From a virus (lineage: Duplodnaviria; Caudoviricetes): DNA of 36,845 bases. Below, piece by piece: positions 24,978 through 36,800 of the stretch. Made by a program: the position numbers and the translations under genes. Location: positions 1 through 36,845 of IMG/VR virus record IMGVR_UViG_3300037991_000495. One strand, 5' to 3'. Each line of letters starts with the position of its first letter. The stretch's first letter is position 1. The notes beneath the pieces are model-generated. The model was not told the DNA's origin. It searched no databases and saw nothing but the letters and a program-made list of their open reading frames with translations.

Positions 24978-27620
24978 ATGCCAAAAATCCCGTTGTACGC
25001 ACAAGGCCAAGGAACCGCAGTAGAGCTTGCCACAGGGCGGCTTGGGCCTAAAGCGACTAGCGCAGCGTTTGAAGCGCCTGGGCAGGCTGTAGCGCGTGCT
25101 GGAGAGGCTTTAGGCAAGGCTGGCACCTCTTACGCTCAAAACGCTATGAGGTTTGAAGACGCGCGTAAAAAACTGGAATTTGATTTCCAGATGAAACAAA
25201 AGCAAGAGCAAACTCGGAATTTAATTAAGAAATATGAGGCGGCGGTGTTTGCTCAAAGCCAAGATTATATTTTGAGGAATACTGAATCGGATCCTTTCAA
25301 AGCAGCAGAGAATCTTGCAAGAGATATTTACACCCCTTTGACTTCTGAAATAGATACTCTTGATGTAACGGACAGTCAAAAAACGGCAATTAAAGGCGCT
25401 GTTTTTAGTAAGTTTGCTTATCAACATGCCGACATAAAAAAGTCTGCGCACAATCTTGGCACTTTGCAAGGTGGGCAAACCACAAACGATAGTCTTGAGG
25501 TTGGCCTTACAGAAGCTGGCACTGCATCAGAGGTAAGCGATTTGTTTGGCATTGTGTCGCGTATGAAGCAAGAAATCCGCGAAGGAAACATTGCGGGACA
25601 GCGCGGTATTGCTTACTCCGAAAAAACCATACAGAAAGAGGCGTATCTGCGTTTTTTTTCTAACGGCATAGCTAACTCTGACAGTTTTACAACCTTGCAA
25701 AAACAACGCGACTTAATTGACTCGGTGCCAGACATGGCAGAGTCCACCAAAAAGACGCTTGAGGGTTTGATCTCTGGCAGAGAGGCTGACATTAAGGCGG
25801 GCATACAAGACAACATTCTCGGCACGTTGCTGACCGCTAATCTTACAGCGGAAGAAGCAGAAGCGGCTTTGCAACAGTTGCGCACCGAAGGCAGTCAAAT
25901 GATTACGATTGCGCGTGCCGATGGCGAAGACGACATCATCATCGACTACGCTGGTGCCGGTAACAAATTTCTTACAGGTGTAGCTAGCAAGTTTGAGCAG
26001 CAGTACAAAACGCTGCAAGCGCAAGCTAACAAGGATCTCGTTGATGAGATTTATCCAACTATTGCTGAGATGGATCGTGAAGATTTGACCACACTAAAAA
26101 GTGAAGCCGAAACTTTAACCGGCAGGTTTTCTGGCGCAGATCGCACGGTAGCACAAATCTTGCTGGGTGATGTAACAAGGCGTCTTGATGTCATGGACGC
26201 AGAACTTTCTGCGGGAATAAAGGCAGACACTGACGCAATCGAAAGAAAGATAGTCAGTGGCGGCGGTGTGATTGATGAGTCAACGCAAAGTATGATTGAT
26301 AGCGTTGATACAAGGTTGCAGCTACTTAGCCCAGAAAATGACGTTCCTCGACAGGCATTTAACGAGACAATGGATGGCCTGAGACAAGCTGGCGTTTTGT
26401 ATTCATCTGTGAAGTATGGCAGCCCAGCCGACCTTGCCGCAGTAAGAAGATCAATTAAGGATGAAATGAGTGCCGCTGATACGCCAGAGGCAGTGCGGAT
26501 AATTGAAACAAAGCGCAAGCATTTTGAAGCTATGGTGGACGCAAGAGCATCGCAGCTTGCAAGCGACCCTGTGAAGTTTATACAAGAAGATCGCGCAGAC
26601 CAAAATTTGGAAGCAGCCAGCACTGCACAACTTATTGATTTGCAACGCAAAATGGGCATTGCTGATGTAGACATTCGTGTTGCATCTAACGATCAAATTG
26701 ATGCTTTCCAGGGGCAGTTCAAAGACCCTAGCTTGTCTTACAATGACAAATCTAAGTTGGGCATATCGTTCATTACATCGTTTGGCGTTGAGAACGAAGG
26801 CCGCGTCATGCGCAACCTTATGAGCCAAGGCGTCCTGACGCTGGCTGATACATGGATTATTGCCAACCCCGGCAACGCTGGTGGCTTTGATATTGAGGCT
26901 GCAAACCGTCCCGGCATTGTGAAAGAACTGAAGGCTGCTATCGGCACCTCTAGATACAATGAAATTATGCAAGAGGTCATGGTTCAGAACGCTGAGTATT
27001 CCGGCAGCATTGTGGGTGGTGCCTCTGATACCTTTATGTCTCGCGGTGCTACTGGCTCTCGCATGCTGCATGTGACAGCTATGAATACCATGATCCAAAA
27101 CACCGCTGCTTACTACATGAGTACAGGTGAAGAAGACGTATCTGCGGCAGTTGAAAGGGCAGTCAATACTGTTGTGAACACTCAATTTGCTTTTGATGAG
27201 GTCAATGGCAAACCGTTTAGAATGCTCAAAGGATTAGAGGGCGTGGCATCTGAGGTTGGAGATGTTTTACAATTTTTTGTAGACGACGATCAAATCAGAA
27301 GCCAAATCGTTGGGTTCGCCGAAATACCGCCAACTGGCGACCCTAGCATTGATGGCAAACAAAAATACAAAGAGGATTTAGCTAATGCGTATTGGGTGAC
27401 GACATCAGATCACAAAAGCGTGTACTTAGTTGATCAGACCGGCAACATGGTAAAGCGTCGGATTGACCCCGGCCCAACAGCCATCTCGCCTTCTGAGGCG
27501 TTTGTCACAGTCAAGTTGTCTGATTTGGTGCCTGTTATCAAAAGTATTGAAAGCGTTACTAATTTGCTTGGCGGGACACAACATAAAGATAAGGGCATTA
27601 TGAGAAGGGCGTTTAAGTAG
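24978..27620 (+). CDS. Internal virion (ejection) protein, gp15-like
   Basis: MPKIPLY start, 880 aa, helical; synteny. Confidence 0.72.
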   Translation: MPKIPLYAQGQGTAVELATGRLGPKATSAAFEAPGQAVARAGEALGKAGTSYAQNAMRFEDARKKLEFDFQMKQKQEQTRNLIKKYEAAVFAQSQDYILRNTESDPFKAAENLARDIYTPLTSEIDTLDVTDSQKTAIKGAVFSKFAYQHADIKKSAHNLGTLQGGQTTNDSLEVGLTEAGTASEVSDLFGIVSRMKQEIREGNIAGQRGIAYSEKTIQKEAYLRFFSNGIANSDSFTTLQKQRDLIDSVPDMAESTKKTLEGLISGREADIKAGIQDNILGTLLTANLTAEEAEAALQQLRTEGSQMITIARADGEDDIIIDYAGAGNKFLTGVASKFEQQYKTLQAQANKDLVDEIYPTIAEMDREDLTTLKSEAETLTGRFSGADRTVAQILLGDVTRRLDVMDAELSAGIKADTDAIERKIVSGGGVIDESTQSMIDSVDTRLQLLSPENDVPRQAFNETMDGLRQAGVLYSSVKYGSPADLAAVRRSIKDEMSAADTPEAVRIIETKRKHFEAMVDARASQLASDPVKFIQEDRADQNLEAASTAQLIDLQRKMGIADVDIRVASNDQIDAFQGQFKDPSLSYNDKSKLGISFITSFGVENEGRVMRNLMSQGVLTLADTWIIANPGNAGGFDIEAANRPGIVKELKAAIGTSRYNEIMQEVMVQNAEYSGSIVGGASDTFMSRGATGSRMLHVTAMNTMIQNTAAYYMSTGEEDVSAAVERAVNTVVNTQFAFDEVNGKPFRMLKGLEGVASEVGDVLQFFVDDDQIRSQIVGFAEIPPTGDPSIDGKQKYKEDLANAYWVTTSDHKSVYLVDQTGNMVKRRIDPGPTAISPSEAFVTVKLSDLVPVIKSIESVTNLLGGTQHKDKGIMRRAFK

Positions 27621-29392
27621 TGGTAGACTTCTACGTTCCAGAACAACAGTACGACCAAAGTGCTTTCGATAGCTATTTCGACATATCGAAGGCCGGCACC
27701 CTTGATGTGCTTGGCGCTACGCTGGACGAGACGCTGTACTACAACCCTCTCAGCGCACTTAATCGCACGTTTGACCAGTATTTAGGGCCAGGTGCCAACG
27801 GCAAGCGTCTATCTACTGACGAGTATCGTGATAGCCAATACTACCGTGAAGGCATTGAGGTAGATGAAAACGGCATCACTGAAGGCTTGGCTAAATTATT
27901 TGCAGAACGCCATGATCGTCGCGCTAACTTTAGGTTTACGTTGAATAGATCACGCGGAGGCTTTGGCCTCGGCGCAGCGCAGTTTGGCACTATGTTGGCT
28001 GGCTCTGTGCTTGACCCTCTCAATATTGCGTCAGCCTTTATACCGGCTGTTGGTCAGGCGCGTATGGCGACTATGGCAGCTAGATTTGGCAAAAGCGGAA
28101 GCAGATTGATGGCCGGCGCCATAGACGGCGCTGTAGGCGCGGTTGCGATTGAGCCATTTGTTATTGGTCAGGCGTATCTTGAGCAAGATGCTGACTACGG
28201 CCTGATGGACAGTTTCTTAAATGTCACTTTCGGATCTATTCTGGGTGGCGGATTGCATGTCGGCTTTGGCAAGATTTCGGATCGAATTGAAAAAAGCGCA
28301 GTCAGCCAAGAGGCTTTGGCGCGTGCAGTAGCGCAAGCAGTGACTGACCAACCTATTACGGCAGGTCGCCTAGTTGAGCAGCAAGAAGCCGCGCTAGACG
28401 CAGACATCATCGCTAAGGCAAACGAAAGGCTGGCAAAAGATCGAACTGTTAGGGCGGTAGAGCGTAGGTTTGACCCTAAGACTGGAGACATGATTGAGGA
28501 GTCGGTAACTCGCGTAGAGGAGCCGCCTACACAGGCACGCCGTAAGGGCAAGTCTCGTCCACCGCAACTGCGTGTGAAAGAGCCTAAAACGCTTATACAA
28601 TGGATTAGGGCCAATGGCGGGATAGACCCAGAAAGTCAGGGTGCCACTGATCTCAAAGAAGTAATACCTGCGGCAAAAGCTGGCAAGTTTTATGTAAGCG
28701 CCGCAAAAGGCGGCAAATCTGTAGATGATATGCTCACGGCTGCGCGTGAGGAAGGTTATCTGCCATCAGAAATTGAGGGTGTGCCTGACGAAATCGGCAT
28801 CAATGATCTGATTGACGCTGTGCGCGAAGATAAAGCTGGCAACAAACAATATTCTGCGGCAGATCAGGAAGCCGTAGATGAGTTTCGTGCAGCGCAAGAA
28901 ACCATAGATTTTTTAGATCGTCGCGGTATTGACCCTACTGGCATGACAGATCAAGAACTTGATCGTGTTATAGCAGATAGCGAGTTGCTTGAGTATAACC
29001 AGAACGCAAGCGTTGGTGAGGTGAGGCGTGACGTTGAGCCGTCTTCACTAGAAGGTTCACCGCTTACACAACAAGAGTCCCTAAACGCTCAGAATGAGGC
29101 GCAGATCCAAAACTACAATCTTGGCGTTGATGCTGACCAAAAAGCCAAACTAGACGAGATGGATGAAGCTGGCATGGATCTTACGATCCAAGAGTTTCAA
29201 GAAACGGTAGATGAGATTGCGTTGCTTGAGCAAGATATTGAAACATTGCGTGCTGACATAGACATCCCCGCTGACATGGATGAGGACATTAGAATTGCAG
29301 ATGAGGCCATGCGCCGCGCATCAGACTATATGGAAGAGGCAGCAAGAACAGCAGCAGTCTGCGTCAATAGAAATGGCAGAGGTGTGGCATGA
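27620..29392 (+). CDS. Internal virion protein
   Basis: Gly/Ala-rich hydrophobic segment (DPLN...GAIDGAVGA...GSILGGGL) then an acidic helical region; GTG start overlapping the upstream stop. Confidence 0.68.
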   Translation: MVDFYVPEQQYDQSAFDSYFDISKAGTLDVLGATLDETLYYNPLSALNRTFDQYLGPGANGKRLSTDEYRDSQYYREGIEVDENGITEGLAKLFAERHDRRANFRFTLNRSRGGFGLGAAQFGTMLAGSVLDPLNIASAFIPAVGQARMATMAARFGKSGSRLMAGAIDGAVGAVAIEPFVIGQAYLEQDADYGLMDSFLNVTFGSILGGGLHVGFGKISDRIEKSAVSQEALARAVAQAVTDQPITAGRLVEQQEAALDADIIAKANERLAKDRTVRAVERRFDPKTGDMIEESVTRVEEPPTQARRKGKSRPPQLRVKEPKTLIQWIRANGGIDPESQGATDLKEVIPAAKAGKFYVSAAKGGKSVDDMLTAAREEGYLPSEIEGVPDEIGINDLIDAVREDKAGNKQYSAADQEAVDEFRAAQETIDFLDRRGIDPTGMTDQELDRVIADSELLEYNQNASVGEVRRDVEPSSLEGSPLTQQESLNAQNEAQIQNYNLGVDADQKAKLDEMDEAGMDLTIQEFQETVDEIALLEQDIETLRADIDIPADMDEDIRIADEAMRRASDYMEEAARTAAVCVNRNGRGVA

Positions 29393-31887
29393 GCATTAAA
29401 GTTTGCGCGGCAGAACTACGCAAGATTGCCCAAGATAAAGATATCGCAGTTGCGCAGGATGAGATTGATTCCATTCTCAAGATTATGCAGGACAAGATTG
29501 ATCGTCGTGGCGGTGTTTACGGCGATAGTGAACTTGGCGAACTTATTAAAGAAGCGAAAGATCTTGCGCAAAGGGCAAAGATTGAAGCCGCAATACAGAA
29601 GCGCAACCGCCTCATTAACGCTCGTGCTTACGCTACCGTTATGACTGCGCTACGTCAGGAGCCTAATGATCCCGGCAAGGCTTTGTCTGCCATACTGGTG
29701 GGTGACGCTAGGCGTGGGCTGTACAGCGTAGATGCAAAACAGCGTTCTATCTTCCTTGACCACAGCGGTGCTTTGGTAGCTGAGTTGAAGCGCAACGATT
29801 TGTTAGACATCTTCCGCTCTAACGAACTTGACGAAAAGATCTATCAAGAAATGTTTGACGGCCTCGGCACCAGTGGCAGCGTAGAGGCAAGGCAGATTGC
29901 CGAAGCTATCAAGAAAGTGCAAAAGCGGCTGCTTGATCGTAAGAACCGCAACGGCGCTAACATTGGTGAGTTAGAAAACTATGTAGTGCGTCAGCACCAT
30001 GATCCTTTGTTGATACGCGGCAAAGGCACAGAAGAAGACAAGCAAGAGTGGATTACTTTTGTGTCTGAGAATATGGACATCGAAAAAACATTGGCTAACA
30101 AGCCCGATGACATGACAGAGGTAGAGTTTCTTGGCTCTATGTATGACAATCTCGTCAGCGGGAATCACATGAAAGCTGATGGCGTTGGTGGTGTTGGGGG
30201 TGCGCAGCCAGAGTTTAAGGGGCCGATGAACCTTGCCAAGCGCCTTAGTGCGCAGCGTATCATTCATTTCAAAAACGGTCAGTCTGCACTGGCGTATGCT
30301 AACAAATACAGCCGCATGAAGCTGTCAGAAGCTGTGTATCAAGGCATCTCGCATGATGCACAGGCTATTGGCTTGCTTGAGACTTTTGGCACGAACCCCA
30401 AGGCAATGTTTGACAAGATTGTGTCAGAGATTAAGCCAAAGGGAGTGGCAAAGCCTATCAAGGAGGGCAGGTTGCGCAACCAGTTTGCAGAACTGGACGG
30501 CACTACTCGCGCGTTAGGTGCCACTCAGCCCATCCTCAACACCAGCGTTACTTACGCTGGCATTGCTGCTGGCTTTCGCATGGTGCAATCTATGGCAAAG
30601 CTAGGATTTGCTACTATTTCGTCGTTTTCTGACATTGCGACTAAGGCAGCATTTATCAACGCCAACACGCAGCGCAACGTCTTTGGCTCTTACGCTGTGG
30701 CTTTGCGTGATACGTTCCGCATGTTCAACAGCGATCAACAGAAAGAACTGGCCTACCTGCTTAGTGTGGGTGTCGAAAACGAGTTAGCTGACGTTCATGC
30801 TAGGTTTGGCGCTAACGATAGCGGCCCCGGCATGATATCCAAAGCACACCAGTTGTATTTTAAATTGAACGGCATGCAGTGGTGGAACAGCACCCAAAAG
30901 GTTGGCATTGCTCGTATGCTTTCGGCTGATCTTGCCAACTACTCAGGAAAAGCCTTTGACCAAATACCTGCGGAAACCCGCAGACTGCTTAGTCTGTATA
31001 ACATAAATGAAGCTGAATGGTCGTTGTTCCGTGGCATGGACATGAAAGCTGTTGATGGCCGCAACTATTTGGTGCCGGACATTGCTGATGAGATCCCTGT
31101 TGAAAAGATTGACCCTTTGATTGCAGAGCGTACAGGTCAGCTTGATGTAACTGATAAGATGCGTCAGCAGTTTCGGGATGATCTGCGTAGCAGGATTGCA
31201 GCATATTATGCAGACAGTGCGGATGTAGCGATTCCAACGCCGGGTGCTAGAGAACGTGCGATTATGAACCAAGGGTTGCCACGCGGCACAATAGCTGGTG
31301 AGGCAATTCGTATGATTATGCAGCTCAAAGGTTTCCCAATTACCTATGTGACCAAGGGATTGGGCCGACAAAAAGCTATGTCAGGTTATTATGGCATTGC
31401 CAAAATGATGGTAGGCACCACGATGATGGGCTACTTATCTGTGTCTCTCAAAGACATTCTTAAAGGCAAAGAGCCTATGGAGGTTTTCAGCGACGACTAC
31501 ACTCTGAACAAGGATCTTTTGTTCCGTGCGTTTACGCAGGGTGGCGGCGCTGGCATCTACGGTGATTTTATTTTTGGCGAGTTTAACAGGTACGGGCAAG
31601 GCCCACTGGAAACGCTTGCTGGCCCAACTTTCGGAACAGCGGCAGATGTACTTAAAATATACGGCAAATTTAGAAGCGGTGACGATGCCGCGGCTGAAAC
31701 TGTGCGTTTGGCTTTCCGCAACATACCCGGCGCAAACCTATTCTATGCCAAACTGGCTATAGACTATTTGTTTATGTACGAACTTACAGAGTTCGCAAAC
31801 CCAGGTTACTTCAAGCGCTTGGAACGCCGCATGAAAAAAGACACTGGGCAGGAGTTTTACTTTCCGCCATCGCAGTATGTACGATAG
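29389..31887 (+). CDS. Internal virion protein, gp16-like C-terminal type
   Basis: 832 aa; GT..GE..R...QLKGFP, GGGAGIYGDF, P.ANLFY motifs seen in podovirus ejection proteins. Confidence 0.72.
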   Translation: MSIKVCAAELRKIAQDKDIAVAQDEIDSILKIMQDKIDRRGGVYGDSELGELIKEAKDLAQRAKIEAAIQKRNRLINARAYATVMTALRQEPNDPGKALSAILVGDARRGLYSVDAKQRSIFLDHSGALVAELKRNDLLDIFRSNELDEKIYQEMFDGLGTSGSVEARQIAEAIKKVQKRLLDRKNRNGANIGELENYVVRQHHDPLLIRGKGTEEDKQEWITFVSENMDIEKTLANKPDDMTEVEFLGSMYDNLVSGNHMKADGVGGVGGAQPEFKGPMNLAKRLSAQRIIHFKNGQSALAYANKYSRMKLSEAVYQGISHDAQAIGLLETFGTNPKAMFDKIVSEIKPKGVAKPIKEGRLRNQFAELDGTTRALGATQPILNTSVTYAGIAAGFRMVQSMAKLGFATISSFSDIATKAAFINANTQRNVFGSYAVALRDTFRMFNSDQQKELAYLLSVGVENELADVHARFGANDSGPGMISKAHQLYFKLNGMQWWNSTQKVGIARMLSADLANYSGKAFDQIPAETRRLLSLYNINEAEWSLFRGMDMKAVDGRNYLVPDIADEIPVEKIDPLIAERTGQLDVTDKMRQQFRDDLRSRIAAYYADSADVAIPTPGARERAIMNQGLPRGTIAGEAIRMIMQLKGFPITYVTKGLGRQKAMSGYYGIAKMMVGTTMMGYLSVSLKDILKGKEPMEVFSDDYTLNKDLLFRAFTQGGGAGIYGDFIFGEFNRYGQGPLETLAGPTFGTAADVLKIYGKFRSGDDAAAETVRLAFRNIPGANLFYAKLAIDYLFMYELTEFANPGYFKRLERRMKKDTGQEFYFPPSQYVR

Positions 31888-31925
31888 TGTGAAAATAGGG
31901 TATAAATACCTCAAGGAGCAAGGGC

Positions 31926-33806
31926 ATGACGGTTAGCAGCACCACTACAAAAAGTTCGCATTCGGGAAATGGTGTTCTCGACACCTTTGCCTATGCCTTC
32001 AAAATCTTTGCAGACGATGACTTGGTTGTTATCATCCGCACCAACTCTACTGGTGCTGAAGCCACTAAGACAAAGACAACGCATTATACGGTTACAGGTG
32101 TTGGCAGCGCGTCTGGTGGCAACGTCGTATTTACCAGCGGCAACATTCCGGCGTCAGGCGAAACTGTTGTTATCAAAAGAAATTTAACCCTTACGCAAGC
32201 TACCGATTATGTAGCCAATGACCCGTTCCCTGCCGATAGTCACGAAGATGCGCTTGATCGTTTGACCATGATTGCGCAACAGCAACAAGAGGTGTTTGAC
32301 CGTGCTGTTGTTTTGCCGGAGACAGATACGGCGTCAACAACAATTCCAGACTCTGTAACCCGTGCTAGCAAATATCTGGCTTTCAATTCTAGTGGCGATT
32401 TTATAGCGGCGGCAGGAACGGCTGATGTAACGCCCATTAGTTCTGCGATGGAACCAGTAGTAGAAGCATCTACTTTAGCGGCTGGGCGAACCGCATTGTT
32501 AAGCGGCACAAACTTGTCAGTGAACACGTCCAACACTATTACCACAACTAACACCAACGGCGACTTAACTTTGACGCCTAACGGCACTGGAACCGTGATT
32601 GTCAGCACTGACCTAGATGTCGATAACATTAATATCAATGCCAATACTATCAGCAGCACTAACACCAACGGCGATATAACGCTAGACCCCAACGGCACTG
32701 GCAATGTTGCGATCGCAGGACCAATTACTTGTGGTTATATTGCGTCAACCATATCTGACCACACCAACCTTACACTTATATCTACAAACGCAGATGCAGC
32801 CGCTGGACCTAGAATGGAGTTTAAAAGAAACTCTGCTAGTCCAGCCGATTCAGATGTTTGTGGCGAAATCTCATTTCAGGCCAAAAATGATGCTGATGAA
32901 TATGTAGTGATCAATAATATCAAAGCCTCTATTGCCGATGTAACTGACGGCACAGAAGATGGCTTACTTAAAATACGCACAATGCAAAACGGCACGATGG
33001 TTGAGTCAATAAGTATGTACGATTACCAAACAGTCTTCAATGGCGATGGTAAAGACATAGACTTCCGTATCGACGGCAGCAATGCAATCGGCACCCACGT
33101 TTTCTTTATGCAAGCAAGTGATGGCCATATCGGAATACAAACCGACACGCCGCAGCATCCGTTAGATGTGCGTGCAAGTTTTGACGGTTATATGATGCAG
33201 ATTTTTAACGATGGCAATCATGTTAACCGCTATGGTTTGAAAATACAATGTGGCGCAGATAGTGGCAACCAAGTATTTGCAGCCTTTGAGGATGGTGACG
33301 GCAATTCTCATGGTAGCATACAAGGTTCTAGCGGCACAGTTTCATACAATACATTTACGGCTGGCCACCCCGCTACCTTGCCATCAAGCGATACTGCTGC
33401 GGGATATCCCTACGGCACACTGGTTGAAACAGTAGGCATTTCATATGCTACTAATTCAAGTGGTGACGCCCTTCGTAGCGCAATTATTTACAACGTACAG
33501 AAATCATCCTCTGCAAATAGTAAGTCTGTCTTGGGGGCTTACGCATCAAAAGACAATGTAAACGACGGTCAGCATATCATTTATGTGCTGGGCGACGGCC
33601 ACATCCTTTGCAACAACTCCGGTGGTAACATTGCAGTCGGTGACGGTATATGCACATCCGCAACGGCTGGCATTGGCCAAAAGGCAACTGCAAGTCCAAG
33701 TATGATCATCGGTATCGCGCAAGAAGCTGTGACCTTCGCCAGCGGCAGCGAAACAAAGTTGGTTGCAGTGCAGTATGGCCTGCAACAATTTACTCCTTGG
33801 TCTTAA
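31926..33806 (+). CDS. Tail fibre protein 1 with a T7 gp17-like N-terminal attachment domain
   Basis: MTVS...GNG....FAYAF.IF...DL.V, FPADSHEDALDRLT; NTNGD.TL.PNGTG repeats; AAGGAG RBS. Confidence 0.87.
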   Translation: MTVSSTTTKSSHSGNGVLDTFAYAFKIFADDDLVVIIRTNSTGAEATKTKTTHYTVTGVGSASGGNVVFTSGNIPASGETVVIKRNLTLTQATDYVANDPFPADSHEDALDRLTMIAQQQQEVFDRAVVLPETDTASTTIPDSVTRASKYLAFNSSGDFIAAAGTADVTPISSAMEPVVEASTLAAGRTALLSGTNLSVNTSNTITTTNTNGDLTLTPNGTGTVIVSTDLDVDNININANTISSTNTNGDITLDPNGTGNVAIAGPITCGYIASTISDHTNLTLISTNADAAAGPRMEFKRNSASPADSDVCGEISFQAKNDADEYVVINNIKASIADVTDGTEDGLLKIRTMQNGTMVESISMYDYQTVFNGDGKDIDFRIDGSNAIGTHVFFMQASDGHIGIQTDTPQHPLDVRASFDGYMMQIFNDGNHVNRYGLKIQCGADSGNQVFAAFEDGDGNSHGSIQGSSGTVSYNTFTAGHPATLPSSDTAAGYPYGTLVETVGISYATNSSGDALRSAIIYNVQKSSSANSKSVLGAYASKDNVNDGQHIIYVLGDGHILCNNSGGNIAVGDGICTSATAGIGQKATASPSMIIGIAQEAVTFASGSETKLVAVQYGLQQFTPWS

Positions 33807-33826
33807 AATAGCCGGTTAGATAAACT

Positions 33827-36800
33827 ATGACTGTTAGTGCAGGCTCTGCAACGTACAAACTTTACACGGGCGACGGCAGCACGCATGTTTTTGCTTACAC
33901 GTTTCGTATTTTTAAAGAGACAGAACTACTTGTTTTAATTAGAAATAATACAACCGGCGCTATACATATAGCAACAGACAATGCGCGTAGCGGCAGCTAT
34001 GATCCTGACACGCATGTCGGTGGCCAAGGTTTGAATACAGCTTATATTCTGTCTGGCGTAGATTCGGCTAGTGGCGGCAATGTAACATTCAAGTACGATA
34101 CGGGCAGCCCATCAGACGCGCATTATAGTGGCACAGATTACAGGCCGCAATCTGGTGAAAGCGTCATTATTATCAGGTTGCCAACGGTAAGCCAGGAAAC
34201 AGATTATGTAGTGGGCGGTGCCTTTCCTGCCGAGTCGCATGAAGATGCACTTGATAAGCTGACATTCCATGTGCAACGTTTAGAAGACAAGGTAAACAAA
34301 AGCATTCAAAGGTCAGAGGCCGACACTGGCGTTGTTGGTAGCAGCATAGATAAATCTTTATCAGTATTGCCTGACCACGCTACCCTAAAGGGCAAAGTTC
34401 TATCCTTTAATTCAAGCACTGGGGCAACAGAGGCAACTATAAGTGCAGCGGATGTCACGTTGCTAACAAGTTCTCAAACATTAACAAACAAAAGTTTATC
34501 AGCACCCATTCTTAGCGGCTCTTCCAGTTCGGCTGGATCTATCCTGTTTAAAGAAGACACAGACAACGGCACTAATGCAGTTACATTAATTGGGCCAGCG
34601 TCTACAGCAGACATTACAATAACGCTGCCAGCTAACGCAGGCACTATTGCCTTAACGTCTGACATACCTACAAGCGGCATATCTAGTGGCAATATTGCAA
34701 CATTTACAAGTGGTGTAGTTGACGATGATTTCCTGCGCATAAATGGCACTGCTGTAGAAGGCCGATCAGCGTCTGAGGTTTTATCAGATATTGGCGCACA
34801 GGCTAGTTTGACCTTTGGCATTGGTGATGCGAATGCTGTCAAAATTGACAGTGCTTCAGTAGCAGATGATGAGTATGCACGCTTTACATCCAGCGGTTTG
34901 GAAAGCCGATCAACATCAGAGGTTCTGTCTGACATTGGCGCTATAAGCACGTCAAGCACTGACACTCTTACAAATAAAACGCTAACCAGTGCAGTGTTGA
35001 ACGACACTATTTCCGGCACCAGCATCAAAGATGAAGACAACATGGCGTCTGACAGCGCCAGTCATTTGGCCACACAACAGTCCATTAAGGCTTATGTAGA
35101 TACGCAGGTAGCTACCGTACCAACAGGCGATATAACTGCTGTTACGGCTGGCACAGGGCTGTCTGGCGGCGGTTCTTCTGGTGATGTTACGCTTAATGTT
35201 GACACTGGTATATCAAACGGCCAGATAGCGGCCTTTACCAGCGGTGCTGTAGACAACGATTTCCTCAGAATAGATGGCACAGCCATCGAAGGCCGCTCTG
35301 CTTCTGAAGTGCTGTCTGACATAGCGGCTATGCCATTGGCTGGTGGCACGTTTACAGGCGATGTTACGCTCTTGTCTACGGATGCGGGTGCTGGCACTAG
35401 CCCTATTATTAAGTTGCACCGCCAAAGTGTAAGCCCCGCCGATGGTGACAACATAGGATCAGTTCAATACATTGCTAGAAATGACGCTGACGAGGACATT
35501 GTTTATGGGGAGATACGGGGAGATGCCGCAGATGTAAGTGATGGCACAGAAGACGGCAAAATATTTGTGTACATCAAAGATGGCGGGTCAGACCGTTTGG
35601 TCACAGAGTTTACATCCTATGGCGTTCAGTTTCACGAAAACGTAAACATTCAAAGTGGTAAAACTTTACGATTTGAAGGTGCAACCGCAGACGATTACGA
35701 AATTACTTTGACTGTGGCTGACCCGCAGGATAGCGACAAGACCATCACCCTACCGGATGCTACTGGCACGGTCCTCCTGACTGACGGTAGCGGCGCAAGT
35801 CTTACATCACTGAACGCTTCTGAATTAGGCAGCGGAACTGTACCCAATGCTAGGTTAGACGCACAGCTACAGGATGTGGCTGGCCTTGCTGTCACCAACG
35901 GTAATTTTATCGTAGGTGACGGTAGTAACTTTGTAGCAGAGTCCGGCGCGACGGCCAGAACCAGCCTTGGCCTTGGCACCATAGCCACACAAGCCGCCGA
36001 CAGCGTAAACATCGACGGCGGTGCTATCGACGCCGTTACGCTCGGCACAAACAGTGCGGTTACCGAAGCGCAGATTGATAATATCAATATCGATGGCAAC
36101 ACAATTAGCATCACAAATACAAACGGGAATATTGGAATTACCCCAAACGGCACTGGCGATGTTCACCTAAACACAGATAACGTCCGTATTGGCGACCTTA
36201 ACGCCGACGCATCTATAACTACGAGAGGCACCGGCGACCTAACACTCAATACGAACGGCGGCACCAACTCCGGTTCTATCGTCATTGCAGATGGCGCAAA
36301 CGGAAACATCAGCATTACGCCAGATGGCACAGGCGTCTTAGATGTTATCTCAACGGATGACGGGAGCAGCATTGGTCCAAAGCTGCATCTTTACCGTAAC
36401 AGCGCAAGCCCCGCAGACTTCGATGATTTAGGCGCGTTGTACTTTACGGGCAACGACGACGCAGGAAATCGTCAGGAATACGCCTTTATTCGCGGAGACG
36501 CTGCTGATGTTTCAAGCGGCAGTGAAGATGCAGCTATACGTTATTTTACGAATGTCGGCGGCTCAACCGTTGAACATATGCAGCACTCTTTCGGGACAAC
36601 TACTATTTACGGAAGAATATACCTAGCTAGTAACGCCATCCACTCTGATCCACATATTCGGTTTGAGGGCAGCAGTGCTAATAACTTTGAGACTGACCTA
36701 AAAGTAACAGACCCAACCGCCGACAGAACGATCACCTTCCCTGACGCCACCGGCGAAGTTGTTACCAAGGACAGCAGTGACGTTGTTACGATTACATCAA

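Noticed and set aside
31901-31908. TATAAATA (T4 late-promoter consensus), also at 9762 and 11920
   Set aside because: No gp55-like sigma factor is present, and the other copies lie inside an RBS spacer or antisense within a gene. At most an ordinary -10 box before the fibre genes.
15693-36372. Numerous minus-strand ORFs across the structural block
   Set aside because: They are antisense shadows of well-supported + strand genes, with no motifs or RBS.
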